Of a stretch of DNA of 64,000 bases, positions 52,304 to 62,068 are shown piece by piece. Numbering within the stretch: the stretch's first letter is position 1; every line of letters begins with the position of its first letter. The notes below the pieces were generated by a model that saw only the letters and a program-made list of their open reading frames with translations, did no database searches and was not told the DNA's origin. Source of the stretch: Firmicutes bacterium UBA4975 (GTDB lineage Bacteria > Bacillota > Proteinivoracia > UBA4975); the NCBI GenBank assembly GCA_002397155.1, contig DGZR01000079.1, positions 873 through 64,872 of the forward strand, written 5' to 3'. The position numbers were made by a program, and so were the translations under genes.

Positions 52304-53034
52304 TGGGCCTGGAAAAGGTATCCGGCCTCATCGTCTACGGTTTTCCCCTGGGGGAAGCCGACCAGCTCATAAGCTGCTTCACCAGCGGGGGAAACCAGGT
52401 AAAGTTTGTCGCCAAGGGCAGCCGTAAAGTGAAGAGCAAGCTGGCCGCAGCCGTCCAGCTTTTTATTTTTGGCGAGTACGTCTACTACTCCAGCCGGGGC
52501 CTGCCCTTTTTGCGCCAGGCCGATATCCTCAAGAGTTTTGCCGGGGTGCGCCGGAGCCTGCCCAAGAGCGGGGCCGCTTTTGCCGCCGTTGAGCTCTGCC
52601 GCCTCCTCATCGCCGAAGAGGCTCGGGAGACCGAAGCTTTTAATCTGGTCATGGCCTACCTGCTCTTTCTGGAAGACCGGGACTACGATTCCCTGGTCTT
52701 TGATTCTTTTCGCCTGAAGTTTGCCGCCAGTCTGGGCTACGGGATGGACTTTAGCCGCTGCGCCAACTGCGGGGCGCCCCTAAAATCTGGATGGCTATAC
52801 TGGCCGGCGGGAGGGGCGGTCTGTCCCCGCTGCCGGGGCCCGGCCGGAATCGAGGTGGGCCCCCGGGGACTTAGCCTGCTCCAGGAGATGGGGCAGCGGG
52901 ATTTTGCCGGGCTCCAGGGTCTAGACCCCGGCCTGGCCCGGCCAGGGGCCGCTTTTGTGGACAGCCTCATAAATTGGCTGACCCAAGGAAAGACTAAGGC
53001 ACAGGCTTTTCGCTCAGTCTTTGAGGGAAGGTAA
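52303..53034 (+). CDS. recO: DNA repair protein RecO
   Basis: TGATG overlap with the era stop; C-terminal zinc motif CANCGAP...CPRC. Confidence 0.85.
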   Translation: MGLEKVSGLIVYGFPLGEADQLISCFTSGGNQVKFVAKGSRKVKSKLAAAVQLFIFGEYVYYSSRGLPFLRQADILKSFAGVRRSLPKSGAAFAAVELCRLLIAEEARETEAFNLVMAYLLFLEDRDYDSLVFDSFRLKFAASLGYGMDFSRCANCGAPLKSGWLYWPAGGAVCPRCRGPAGIEVGPRGLSLLQEMGQRDFAGLQGLDPGLARPGAAFVDSLINWLTQGKTKAQAFRSVFEGR

Positions 53035-53059
53035 AAAAAGTCCCCGGCCGTGAGGAGGG

Positions 53060-54889
53060 ATGGGGGTAAAACAGGCAAACCTATTAGTTGAACTGCGCTT
53101 TGGCGGCCTGGGCTACCGCCAGACTCTGCGTGCCTACGAATTTTTACGGCCCTGCTTTAGGGAAGAACTGGCCAGCCGGGACATCGGCATCGGCAAGCTG
53201 GAGGTCTTTTTCAGTAAAAGGCGGATTGTCCTTTGGCTGCGCCTCCACACCGGTGGCGACCGGATTGAGGCCAAGGCGGTCCTGACCCGGGCCGTTTCCG
53301 CTCTTTTACAGCGTTTTGGCCGGGCCCAGCCCGAAACCTGGGCCCTGGCCAGCGGCATGCTTGCCCTCATAGAGGACGAGGTCCTGCCCCTGGCCACGGG
53401 GGGGCTGGTGGCGGGCCGCCAGACCCAGGCCGGGGAAAAAGTGCTTTCCATCCAGGACACCCAGCACTACTGGCGGGAAATGGCCCGGCTCCGGGTCTAC
53501 GTGGATAATAACCAGCGGGAAAAGCGGATCCGCCAACTCCTGGCCGGAATTGCCGCCGACCTGGGGGCGGAGATCGTCTCTTCCCAGATCATCGATGAGG
53601 CGGTGCTGGACTGCGAGGAGCCCCAGGCAGGGTGGGCGGATATTTCCCCCGACCTCCTGGACTTGCCTGAAATACTGATCTTGATCATCCTGGAGGAGCT
53701 TCACTGTTTTGCCTTGCGCTTGCCCGGAGATAAGTTGCTGGCCAAGGCGGCTTACGTGTGCAACCGGGGCTGTCCCCCCCCCGATCTGAACGGGGAGCTG
53801 GTCAGGGCCCGGGACATCTACCGTCGGGACCTGGAGCGGACCCTGGCCCAGCGCTTAGAAGACCTGGGTTCCTCTTGCTACCTGGGTAAACTGGGCAGCT
53901 ACCTGGATAAACAGGGGCGCCTGCAAAAGATCGCCCTGTCCATCGCCAACCAAGCCGAGGCCGGCCGGGATATCTGCGACCTGGCCCGCCAAAGCGCCCA
54001 GTTGGCAAAACTGGATGTAACGGCGGAGATCTGCGGCATTTATCCGGAGTTTCTCGGCCACATGGGGGCGGTTATCGCTCGGCGGGAGGGGGCTTCCGAC
54101 ACTGTGGCTTCGGCAATAATCGAGCATTGGCATCCCAGCAGGTATTCCCGCAAGCTGCCCCGCACTCTGGTGGGGGCCCTGTTGGGTGTGGCGGACAGGC
54201 TGGACAATATCTGCGGCCAATACTACCGGGGTGAGCTCAAGCTATCCCAGTACAGGAACGTCGTCGATTGGTTTGACGAGACCATCGCCATTGTGGCCAG
54301 CGTGCCCCTGGACCTCTCCATGACCAGCCTCTTAAAGTTTTCTTTGTCTCTTTACGAGTCCCAGGGCCTGGTGCCCTGGCGGGCCCGGGATCTGGACTAC
54401 CTCTTGAAAATCTTCGGAGACCGGCTGCACTACCACTTGGAAGGGCTCTTTCCCCTCGAAGCGGCGGCGGTTGTCACCGCTCCGGGAGCGGACAATGTCT
54501 ACGCCGCCGTTCTCAAGGCCGAAGCCTTGGGGGACTCCGCCCTGCAGGATTGCCTGGCGGATTGCGCCGAAGCCTGTAAAATGCTGGACAGGACCTGCCC
54601 CAGGGACTACAATTATGAAGAGGCGGCCCGGGAATACCTGGAACTGCCCGAGGAATCGGACCTGTTTGAGGTGTACCTAGCCACCGGCGAAGAGGTGAAA
54701 AAACACCTGCAGCATAGGCGAATGGGCGAGGCGGTGACCCGTCTGGCCAAAGTGAGGACCCCCCTGCTGCGCTTCATCAATTCCGTCGACTTGGATACCC
54801 CGGACCGGCCCCTGCGCCTCAACCGCCTCAGCCTGCTGGGGGAGATCAGGCAACTGTATTTTTCCTACGGGGACTTTAGTCTGCTATAA
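53060..54889 (+). CDS. GlyS-like protein (glycyl-tRNA synthetase beta-subunit homolog, anticodon-binding/DALR C-terminus) with no adjacent glyQ
   Basis: C-terminus LRLNRLSLLGEIRQLYFSYGDFSLL resembles the GlyS C-terminal consensus; sits at the conserved recO-glyQS position; 609 aa. Confidence 0.5.
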   Translation: MGVKQANLLVELRFGGLGYRQTLRAYEFLRPCFREELASRDIGIGKLEVFFSKRRIVLWLRLHTGGDRIEAKAVLTRAVSALLQRFGRAQPETWALASGMLALIEDEVLPLATGGLVAGRQTQAGEKVLSIQDTQHYWREMARLRVYVDNNQREKRIRQLLAGIAADLGAEIVSSQIIDEAVLDCEEPQAGWADISPDLLDLPEILILIILEELHCFALRLPGDKLLAKAAYVCNRGCPPPDLNGELVRARDIYRRDLERTLAQRLEDLGSSCYLGKLGSYLDKQGRLQKIALSIANQAEAGRDICDLARQSAQLAKLDVTAEICGIYPEFLGHMGAVIARREGASDTVASAIIEHWHPSRYSRKLPRTLVGALLGVADRLDNICGQYYRGELKLSQYRNVVDWFDETIAIVASVPLDLSMTSLLKFSLSLYESQGLVPWRARDLDYLLKIFGDRLHYHLEGLFPLEAAAVVTAPGADNVYAAVLKAEALGDSALQDCLADCAEACKMLDRTCPRDYNYEEAAREYLELPEESDLFEVYLATGEEVKKHLQHRRMGEAVTRLAKVRTPLLRFINSVDLDTPDRPLRLNRLSLLGEIRQLYFSYGDFSLL

Positions 54890-54902
54890 AAAAAATACAT
54901 CA

Positions 54903-55088
54903 ATGCAGGTGATAGCCTTGCCAACCCTCCTGGATAAAATTGAAGCTATCCTTATAAAGTCCTTTTTGCTCCTGGCCGCCCTGGCCCTGATCTTTCAGCT
55001 TGTGGCCCGGCATCCCCGCTGGGCGGATATGCTGGTCCTGCTCAACCGGCTGGAAGGGGCGGTCTACGAATTCCGGACTCTAGAGTAA
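54903..55088 (+). CDS. small hypothetical protein (possible membrane peptide)
   Basis: 61 aa ORF, hydrophobic core, no good RBS. Confidence 0.2.
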   Translation: MQVIALPTLLDKIEAILIKSFLLLAALALIFQLVARHPRWADMLVLLNRLEGAVYEFRTLE

Positions 55089-55101
55089 GGGGGTAAAAAA
55101 G

Positions 55102-55788
55102 ATGGGGGAGGGAAAGAAGATGGGGGAAGAAAGCGCCATCGTCATCGACGGCCCGGCGGGGGTGGGCAAGAGCACCATTGCCAAGGCTCTGGCCAGGAAA
55201 CTGGGCTACACCTATGTGGATACCGGGGCGATGTACCGGACGGTCACTCTTTTTGCCCTGGAAAAGGGCATTCCCATCGACGGGGACCATCAGGAAGAAC
55301 TGCTGGGGACCATCGAGGGGGAAGCTTTTGCTTTTGTCTTTGTCGGCGACGACCTGCAAGTCCGCTTTGGCCCCCGAGACCTGAGCCAGGCCATCCGCAG
55401 CCCGGAGGTGACGGGACGGGTGTCCCAGGTGGCCGCTCTGCCCCTGGTGCGCCAGGGCCTCAGGCGCCGCCAGCGGGAAATTGCCCAAAAGCACAAAGTG
55501 GTGATGGAGGGCCGGGACATCGGCACCGTCGTCCTGCCCCGGGCCCGGCACAAGTTTTTCCTCACTGCCGCCCCGGGGGAGCGGGCGCGCCGGCGCTACC
55601 AGGAGCTGCGGGCCCAAGGCCGGCAGGTGGAGTACGCCCAGATCTGCCGGGAAATCGAAAAGCGGGACCAACTGGACTCCACCCGGGAACACGACCCCTT
55701 GCGCCAAGCCGAAGACGCTGTCTTGGTGGACACCACCACCCTGGATGCGGCCGCCGTGGTGGACTTGGTTATACAAAAACTGAAATGA
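55102..55788 (+). CDS. cmk: cytidylate kinase (alternative start 55120)
   Basis: IDGPAGVGKSTIAKALARKLGYTYVDTGAMYR. Confidence 0.9.
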   Translation: MGEGKKMGEESAIVIDGPAGVGKSTIAKALARKLGYTYVDTGAMYRTVTLFALEKGIPIDGDHQEELLGTIEGEAFAFVFVGDDLQVRFGPRDLSQAIRSPEVTGRVSQVAALPLVRQGLRRRQREIAQKHKVVMEGRDIGTVVLPRARHKFFLTAAPGERARRRYQELRAQGRQVEYAQICREIEKRDQLDSTREHDPLRQAEDAVLVDTTTLDAAAVVDLVIQKLK

Positions 55789-55848
55789 CTTTGTCAAGCG
55801 GGCCAAAATGATATATAATAGAATGGTTGAGAGCCGGAGGTGAAACCC

Positions 55849-57843
55849 ATGCGTCTGGTCGTCTCCAAGTATGCGGGTTTTTGCCCCGGAGTGCAGCGGG
55901 CGGTGGAACTGACTTTAGAGCAGGGCAAGGGACGGCCGGGGCAGGTCGCCACCTACGGGCCCCTGGTGCACAACCCGCAAATGATTGAACACCTAAAAGG
56001 TCTGGGGATTAGGACCCTGGGGGACTTAAGTTCTGTCCCGGAGGACACCATAGTAATCCGCTCCCACGGCGTCAGCCCCCAAGTCATGGCCGCTCTTCAG
56101 GCCACGGGCAAAACAATAGTCGACGCCACCTGTCCCTTTGTGCGCAGGATTCACTCCATTGTCGATTCTCTCCAAGACCGCTTTCTCATAATCATCGGCG
56201 ATGCCCAGCATCCCGAAGTTCAGGGTATCTTAGGCCGAGCCCCGGGAGGGGCGGCGGTGGCGGCCGATGAAGAAACCGCCCGCCAAGTCCAGGCCGACGG
56301 TCCCGTCGCCGTGGTGGTTCAAACTACATTTGACCAGGAAAAGTTAGAGCCCATAACGGCGGTTCTCCGTGAAAAATTCCCTGATGTTGAAATACATAAT
56401 ACTATTTGCCTGTCGACCCGGGATAGGCAGCGAGAAGTGGCCGAGCTGGCCCGGGACAGCGACCTCATGCTGGTTATCGGCGGCGCCAACAGCGCCAACA
56501 CGGGTAAATTAGTAGCTATCTGCAAGGGATCCGGTGTCGAAACACATCACATACAAACAGCAAAAGATGTTTTGCCCCAGTGGTTGGAAAGGGCTTCAGC
56601 CGTCGGCATTGCCGCCGGCGCTTCGACCCCGGACTGGATAATAAGGGAGGTTGTGGACGTGGTTATGGAGAATAGCAATGAAGGCATCGACGAAGTGAGG
56701 GAAGACTCTACCGAAGTTATCGAGGAGCAAAGCAAACCCTTAGCGGTTGGCGATATAGTTGTCGGCAAAGTCGTTCAAGTCAACCCCGACGAAATACTAG
56801 TCGATGTAGGCGCCAAGATGGAGGGACTGATCCGCAAAGAGGAGCTTTCTTTTCGCAAACTGGAGAGCTGCGCCGATCTCGCCCAGGTGGGTCAGGAACT
56901 AGAAGCAGAAGTGACCAGGCTCAATGAAGACCTCTTTGAACTCTCGGTGCGCAAGCTCACCCAGAGCAAGGCCTGGAAGATTGTCAAAGAGGCTTTTGAA
57001 ACCCAGCAGCCCGTTTCCGGGCCGGTAGTAGAAGTGGTCAAGGGCGGCTTGATCGTCGACTTGGGCCTCCGGGCTTTTATGCCCGCTTCCCTGGTGGACC
57101 TGCGCTTTGTCGAGGACTTAAGCCAGTTCGTGGGCCAGACGGTGACGGTGCTGGTCATTGAACTGGAACGCCGCCGCAACAAGGTAATCGTTTCCCGCAA
57201 AGCCCAGCTCATGCAGGAACAAGAGGGCAAAAAAGCGGAAACCCTGGCCCAGCTAGAAGAGGGGACGACGGTAAAGGGCATTGTCCGCCGCCTGACCAGC
57301 TTCGGCGCTTTTGTGGATATCGGCGGTATCGACGGCCTGATTCATATATCAGAGCTGGCCCATCACCGGGTGGAGCATCCCGGCGAAGTTCTCAAAGAGG
57401 ACCAAGAGCTGGAGGTCTACGTGCTCAAGGTCGATGCGGGGGCGGAGCGGGTTTCTCTCAGCCTGAAAAAAATCCTACCCGACCCTTGGACTGAGGTCGC
57501 CACCAAGTTCAAGGCCGGCGATGTGGTGGAAGGCAAGGTCGTGCGCCTGGCCGACTTCGGCGCCTTTGTCGAACTGGTGCCCGGGGTGGACGGCTTGGTC
57601 CACGTTTCTCAAATATCCGATGAACATGTAGCCAAGCCCGAAGACGTGCTCACAACCGGCCAGGTCGTCAAGGTCAACATCCTGGACATCGACGCCAAGG
57701 GCAAGCGGGTCAGCCTGAGCATGCGGGACGCCCACCGGGGCGGCAGGAGGGGCGCCAAGGAAGAAAGGCCCCAGGAGACTACTTCAATCGGCGCCACCAT
57801 CGGCGAACGCCTGGGCAATCTCTTCGAAAAAGAGGATGAATAA
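55849..57843 (+). CDS. ispH: bifunctional 4-hydroxy-3-methylbut-2-enyl diphosphate reductase / ribosomal protein S1 (IspH-S1 fusion)
   Basis: N-terminal IspH (GFCPGVQRAV, three-Cys [4Fe-4S] site) followed by four S1 repeats; cmk-rpsA synteny. Confidence 0.85.
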   Translation: MRLVVSKYAGFCPGVQRAVELTLEQGKGRPGQVATYGPLVHNPQMIEHLKGLGIRTLGDLSSVPEDTIVIRSHGVSPQVMAALQATGKTIVDATCPFVRRIHSIVDSLQDRFLIIIGDAQHPEVQGILGRAPGGAAVAADEETARQVQADGPVAVVVQTTFDQEKLEPITAVLREKFPDVEIHNTICLSTRDRQREVAELARDSDLMLVIGGANSANTGKLVAICKGSGVETHHIQTAKDVLPQWLERASAVGIAAGASTPDWIIREVVDVVMENSNEGIDEVREDSTEVIEEQSKPLAVGDIVVGKVVQVNPDEILVDVGAKMEGLIRKEELSFRKLESCADLAQVGQELEAEVTRLNEDLFELSVRKLTQSKAWKIVKEAFETQQPVSGPVVEVVKGGLIVDLGLRAFMPASLVDLRFVEDLSQFVGQTVTVLVIELERRRNKVIVSRKAQLMQEQEGKKAETLAQLEEGTTVKGIVRRLTSFGAFVDIGGIDGLIHISELAHHRVEHPGEVLKEDQELEVYVLKVDAGAERVSLSLKKILPDPWTEVATKFKAGDVVEGKVVRLADFGAFVELVPGVDGLVHVSQISDEHVAKPEDVLTTGQVVKVNILDIDAKGKRVSLSMRDAHRGGRRGAKEERPQETTSIGATIGERLGNLFEKEDE

Positions 57844-58897
57844 CACCCGGTCTAACCGGAAAAAAGAACATCTGCTCCTTGCCCGTCAAGGACCCAGGTG
57901 TTCTTTTCCTTCTCTTTTTGAGGACATCCTCCTGCCCCACGACTGCCTGACCACTGTAGCGCCGGAGGATACCGACCTTTCTGCCTGCTACTCTGGCATC
58001 CAGGCAAAAACTCCGCTGTACATCAACGCCATCACCGGGGGCAGCTTGGCCAGTGAGGCCATAAACCGCAATCTTGGCCTGCTGGCCCGGGAGTTTGGCC
58101 TGCCCATGGCCCTGGGCTCAATGCAGGCAGGGCTGGACAACCCCCGGTTTCGCTTCACTTACCGGGTGGTCCGCCGGGTCAATCCCCAGGGGGTGGTACT
58201 GGCCAACTTGCCGGCGGGGGCTAGCCTGGCCCAGGCCCGGGCTGCCGTAGACCTGGTAGAGGCCCAGGCCCTTCAGCTCTTTCTCAATCCCCTCCAGGAG
58301 TTCATCATGCCGGAAGGAGAGGGTCCCTCCCCCGGGCTCCTGGAGAATCTGGCGGAAATCTGCGCCGGCCTCAAGGTGCCGGTGTTGGTCAAGGAGACGG
58401 GCTTTGGCATCGGCCCCGACCAGGCCCGGGCTTTAGCCCAGGCCGGGGCGAGGGGGGTGGACATCAGCGGCACGGGCGGCACCAATTTTGCCCGGATTGA
58501 GGGCAGGCGCAGCTCTTCGGACTGGTGGCGGCCCTTAGCCCGCTGGGGACTTCCCACCCCCCTGGCCCTGGCTGCCGTGGTGGCTCGGGGGCCCGCCCTG
58601 GATATCCTCGCTTCCGGCGGGGTGGATGACGGCATCCGGGCCCTCAAGTGCCTCTGCCTGGGGGCCAAGGCCGTGGGAGTGGCGGGGGGCCTCCTGGGTC
58701 CCCTGGGCCGGGGCGGCTTGGCCGCGGCCGGGTCGTACCTGGCGGACTACCTGCGCCAACTGCGGACGGGTCTCGCCCTCTTGGGCCAGGACTCCCTGGC
58801 CGGCCTGACCTCCCTGCCCCTGGTGGTCAGCGGCCGCCTGGGGGAAATGCTGGCGGGGATGGGAATCGACCTCTCCCGAGGCGGGCCGGGGACTTAG
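57836..58897 (+). CDS. fni: type 2 isopentenyl-diphosphate delta-isomerase (FMN-dependent)
   Basis: RKKEHL, INAITGGS, FIMPEGEG, VKETGFG, GTGGTNF match the IDI-2 consensus. Confidence 0.85.
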   Translation: MNNTRSNRKKEHLLLARQGPRCSFPSLFEDILLPHDCLTTVAPEDTDLSACYSGIQAKTPLYINAITGGSLASEAINRNLGLLAREFGLPMALGSMQAGLDNPRFRFTYRVVRRVNPQGVVLANLPAGASLAQARAAVDLVEAQALQLFLNPLQEFIMPEGEGPSPGLLENLAEICAGLKVPVLVKETGFGIGPDQARALAQAGARGVDISGTGGTNFARIEGRRSSSDWWRPLARWGLPTPLALAAVVARGPALDILASGGVDDGIRALKCLCLGAKAVGVAGGLLGPLGRGGLAAAGSYLADYLRQLRTGLALLGQDSLAGLTSLPLVVSGRLGEMLAGMGIDLSRGGPGT

Positions 58898-58980
58898 TCC
58901 CTCTTTTTTGGCCGGAGAATATTGACCCCGGGTTGGGGAATAGCTAGAACAAGAAACGGGGCGCGGGGTGAGCATAAATA

Positions 58981-59637
58981 ATGAGCGTATGGCTCCTGAC
59001 CATTCTGGCTGTTGTCATCTACCTGGGCTTGCTGCAAAGGACCCTGGACCGGATGCGCCTGTCCGACCGGGCGGCCTTGATTATCATTGCCATTTTTATT
59101 GTCGCCACTTGGCTGCCGGAGGTGCCGATCGGCCTGGCCCGGATCAATATCGGCGGCACCCTTGTGCCCCTCGGCCTTGCCATCTACCTCATCGGCACGG
59201 CCGGCACTTACCGGGAACAGGTCAGGGGGACGGCGGCCATCATCGTCACGGCCATCGGGGTCCTCATCCTGGACTGGCTCTTGCCCCAGGAGCCCGGGGC
59301 GATGTTCATCGATCCCCTCTATGTTTACGGCCTGGCGGCGGGGGTGATCGGTTACCTGGCCGGCCGTTCCCGGCGGTCCGCTTTTGTGGGAGGGATGATG
59401 GGGGTCCTCTTGGCCGATGTCATGATTCTCTTCATGCAGCTCCCCCTGACCAGCACCTACCAACTGGGAGGCGGGGTCCTGGATTCTTCCCTCATCGCCG
59501 GCCTGATCGGCGTGGGGGCAGCGGAGATCTTCGGCGAGGCCCGGGAATTGGTGGCCCCGGACAAGCCGAATAAAGTGGCCTGGCTGGAAGATAAGCGGCG
59601 GCAAAAATATAAAAACGGCAAAGATCCCAAGCACTAG
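58981..59637 (+). CDS. hypothetical polytopic membrane protein
   Basis: 218 aa, 5-6 TM, basic C-terminal tail. Confidence 0.4.
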   Translation: MSVWLLTILAVVIYLGLLQRTLDRMRLSDRAALIIIAIFIVATWLPEVPIGLARINIGGTLVPLGLAIYLIGTAGTYREQVRGTAAIIVTAIGVLILDWLLPQEPGAMFIDPLYVYGLAAGVIGYLAGRSRRSAFVGGMMGVLLADVMILFMQLPLTSTYQLGGGVLDSSLIAGLIGVGAAEIFGEARELVAPDKPNKVAWLEDKRRQKYKNGKDPKH

Positions 59638-59750
59638 ACTGTAAAAGAGTATACCCCGCTCGGGCGGCCCGGAATTATTTCTGCTCCCAAGGGACGGTAA
59701 TTTTCCGGGTAATCATTTTTTTTGACAAAATTCTCCCCTGCAGGGGGCAG

Positions 59751-60248
59751 GTGGTGTGGATTATCGCTTGCTATGTCATCTACCATTGCTACGGCGGCTC
59801 TCATTCATCGGTGGCGGCGGCAGCCATTCACGTCGGCCTCTTGGCCCGGGATAAAAAGCCCGGCCGGCGGGAATTGACTGAGCTGCCTTATTTTGATTCG
59901 CAAAAGGCCCAAGACCACGGTTTTTTACAGTTCATGGGCCGGGGAAAGGAGGGGGCCTTGGTCTATTCCGTGGGCTTTGAGACCGCATCCGCCCCGGTGA
60001 TCAATGCGGCAAAAAATCTCTTTTCCCTGGGGCGGGAGGCAGCGGAAAACGTCATCTACGTGGGGACCAGGCCCCAAATAAATAACTGGATGATTGCCGG
60101 GGGCATCATCTCCCGGCTCCTTGGCCTGACCTGTCTGGGCCGTCCCCTGGTCGCCTGGGGAACCCAACTGGCCCATCGGGGGCTGGTCGGGCTGGTGGAA
60201 AAAACCGAAGCCAGGGTGCGGGACCTGTCGGCGGGTGAGGCCCCTTGA
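59751..60248 (+). CDS. conserved hypothetical protein with YHCYGGSHSS motif (DUF3189-like)
   Basis: N-terminal IYHCYGGSHSSVAAAAIHVGLL motif. Confidence 0.5.
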   Translation: MVWIIACYVIYHCYGGSHSSVAAAAIHVGLLARDKKPGRRELTELPYFDSQKAQDHGFLQFMGRGKEGALVYSVGFETASAPVINAAKNLFSLGREAAENVIYVGTRPQINNWMIAGGIISRLLGLTCLGRPLVAWGTQLAHRGLVGLVEKTEARVRDLSAGEAP

Positions 60249-60730
60249 TTTACTACTACCACTGCTATCGGGGGGCCCACTTATCCTGCGTGGCCGCCGC
60301 CCTGCACCTGGGGGTGCTGAAACCCTCCGCCGGGGTCAAAGATATCCTGGGCTTGGAGTACTTTGACGTTCTGCAAAACCGGGACATGGGAACCCCGGTC
60401 CTGGCCGGTCACAGCAAGGGAGACCCCGTCTGCTTCCTCGGCCTGGGGCCGGGCAGCAAGATCTTTGCCCGCTACGCCCAGAGTGTGACCAAGGAATTGC
60501 AGGTGGAGCTCCCGTACAAGTCCGTCGACTGCCTGGGCTGTCTCAACTTGTTCACCCGGGTGGGGGGCTTTACTTCCCGCTACCGCCCCCTAAAAAACCT
60601 GGGCCGCCGCCTGGCTGCCAGGGGGGTGCACAAAAGCCTGGGCAAGATTTATGCCTTAGTTTTGCAAGCCCGGGACAGTTCAAGTATAATTTCAGGGGGG
60701 GCGGGCGAAAAGAGCCATACTCGCCCCTAG
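60245..60730 (+). CDS. paralog of the preceding gene (YYHCYRGAHLS motif, DUF3189-like)
   Basis: IYYYHCYRGAHLSCVAAALHLGVL; 4 nt overlap with the upstream paralog. Confidence 0.5.
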   Translation: MIYYYHCYRGAHLSCVAAALHLGVLKPSAGVKDILGLEYFDVLQNRDMGTPVLAGHSKGDPVCFLGLGPGSKIFARYAQSVTKELQVELPYKSVDCLGCLNLFTRVGGFTSRYRPLKNLGRRLAARGVHKSLGKIYALVLQARDSSSIISGGAGEKSHTRP

Positions 60731-60736
60731 GAAACT

Positions 60737-62068
60737 ATGGAGGGGGGATTCGCATTGCTGCCAATTGTAGCGGTAGTCGGCAGGCCCAATGTGGGCAAAT
60801 CCACCTTGTTCAACAAGATAATGCAGCAGCGGCTGGCCATCGTAGAGGACACCCCCGGGGTCACTCGGGACAGGCTCTACGCCCAGACCGACTGGAGCGG
60901 ACACAACTTTTTCCTGGTGGACACCGGCGGTTTCGCCCTGGTAGACGAGCCCCTCGCCCTGGCAGTGACCAAGCAGGCGGAAGAAGCGGTGTGGGAGAGC
61001 GATGTCATCATCTTTCTGGTGGACGGGAAAGAAGGGCTGGCCCCCGATGACCGGGAGGTAGCCGAGCTCTTGCGCCGCAGCAAGAAGCCCGTCGTCGTCG
61101 TTGTCAACAAGGTCGACGATTTCAGCCGGAGCCAGGAGCTGCTCTCGGACTTTTATGAATTGGGTCTGGGGGAGCCCCTGCCTATTTCGGCGGCCAATGG
61201 CCTAAACATCGGCGACCTCTTGGACGTCATTGTCTCCCACCTGGAGAAGCTGCCCCTGCCCGAAGAGGACGAAGACACCATTGCCGTGGCCTGTATCGGC
61301 CGCCCCAACGTGGGCAAATCCTCCCTGGTCAACCGGCTGGCCGGCCAGGAGAGGGCGGTGGTCAGCCCCATCCCCGGCACCACCCGGGACGCCATCGACA
61401 CCACCATTTACCACAACGGGCGGAAGATGACCCTGATCGACACCGCCGGATTGCGCCGCAAGAGCCGGCTGGCTTCGGGCATCGAGTACTACAGCATGCT
61501 CCGCAGTGTGCGGGCGGTCCAGCGCTGCCACATCGCCCTCTTGGTCCTGGACGGCCCCGAAGGGCTCACCGAACAGGATAAGCGTATCGCCGGCATCGCC
61601 CATGAGGCGGGCAAGGCGGTAATCCTCCTGGTGAACAAGTGGGATATCGTGGTCAAGGACACCAATACCATGGCCAAGTATAAAAGGGACCTGCGCTCCG
61701 AACTAAAATTCCTGGAATACGCCAACATCGAATTTGTCTCCGCCCTCACCGGCGCCCGCCTGCCCGGCCTTTTGACCCTGGTGGAAAAGACGATGGAACA
61801 GTACCAAAGGCGGATCAGTACCGGCCTGCTCAACGACCTGCTGGTGGACGCTGTCCTGGCCAATCCCCCTTCTACTAAGGGGACCCGGGTCAAGATGTTC
61901 TACATAACCCAGGTTTCCGTCAAACCGCCCCGCTTCGTCCTCTTTGTCAGCGATCCGGAAAGGGTGCATTTTTCCTGGCTGCGCTACTTGGAAAACCGCA
62001 TCCGGGAGGCCTTTGGCTTTGAAGGGACGCCGATGCAGTTCGCCTTGCGAAAGAGGGGAAGCAGATGA
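60737..62068 (+). CDS. der: ribosome-associated GTPase Der/EngA (two G domains + KH-like)
   Basis: two GRPNVGKS(T/S)L P-loops ([29 protein letters not shown]). Confidence 0.9.
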   Translation: MEGGFALLPIVAVVGRPNVGKSTLFNKIMQQRLAIVEDTPGVTRDRLYAQTDWSGHNFFLVDTGGFALVDEPLALAVTKQAEEAVWESDVIIFLVDGKEGLAPDDREVAELLRRSKKPVVVVVNKVDDFSRSQELLSDFYELGLGEPLPISAANGLNIGDLLDVIVSHLEKLPLPEEDEDTIAVACIGRPNVGKSSLVNRLAGQERAVVSPIPGTTRDAIDTTIYHNGRKMTLIDTAGLRRKSRLASGIEYYSMLRSVRAVQRCHIALLVLDGPEGLTEQDKRIAGIAHEAGKAVILLVNKWDIVVKDTNTMAKYKRDLRSELKFLEYANIEFVSALTGARLPGLLTLVEKTMEQYQRRISTGLLNDLLVDAVLANPPSTKGTRVKMFYITQVSVKPPRFVLFVSDPERVHFSWLRYLENRIREAFGFEGTPMQFALRKRGSR

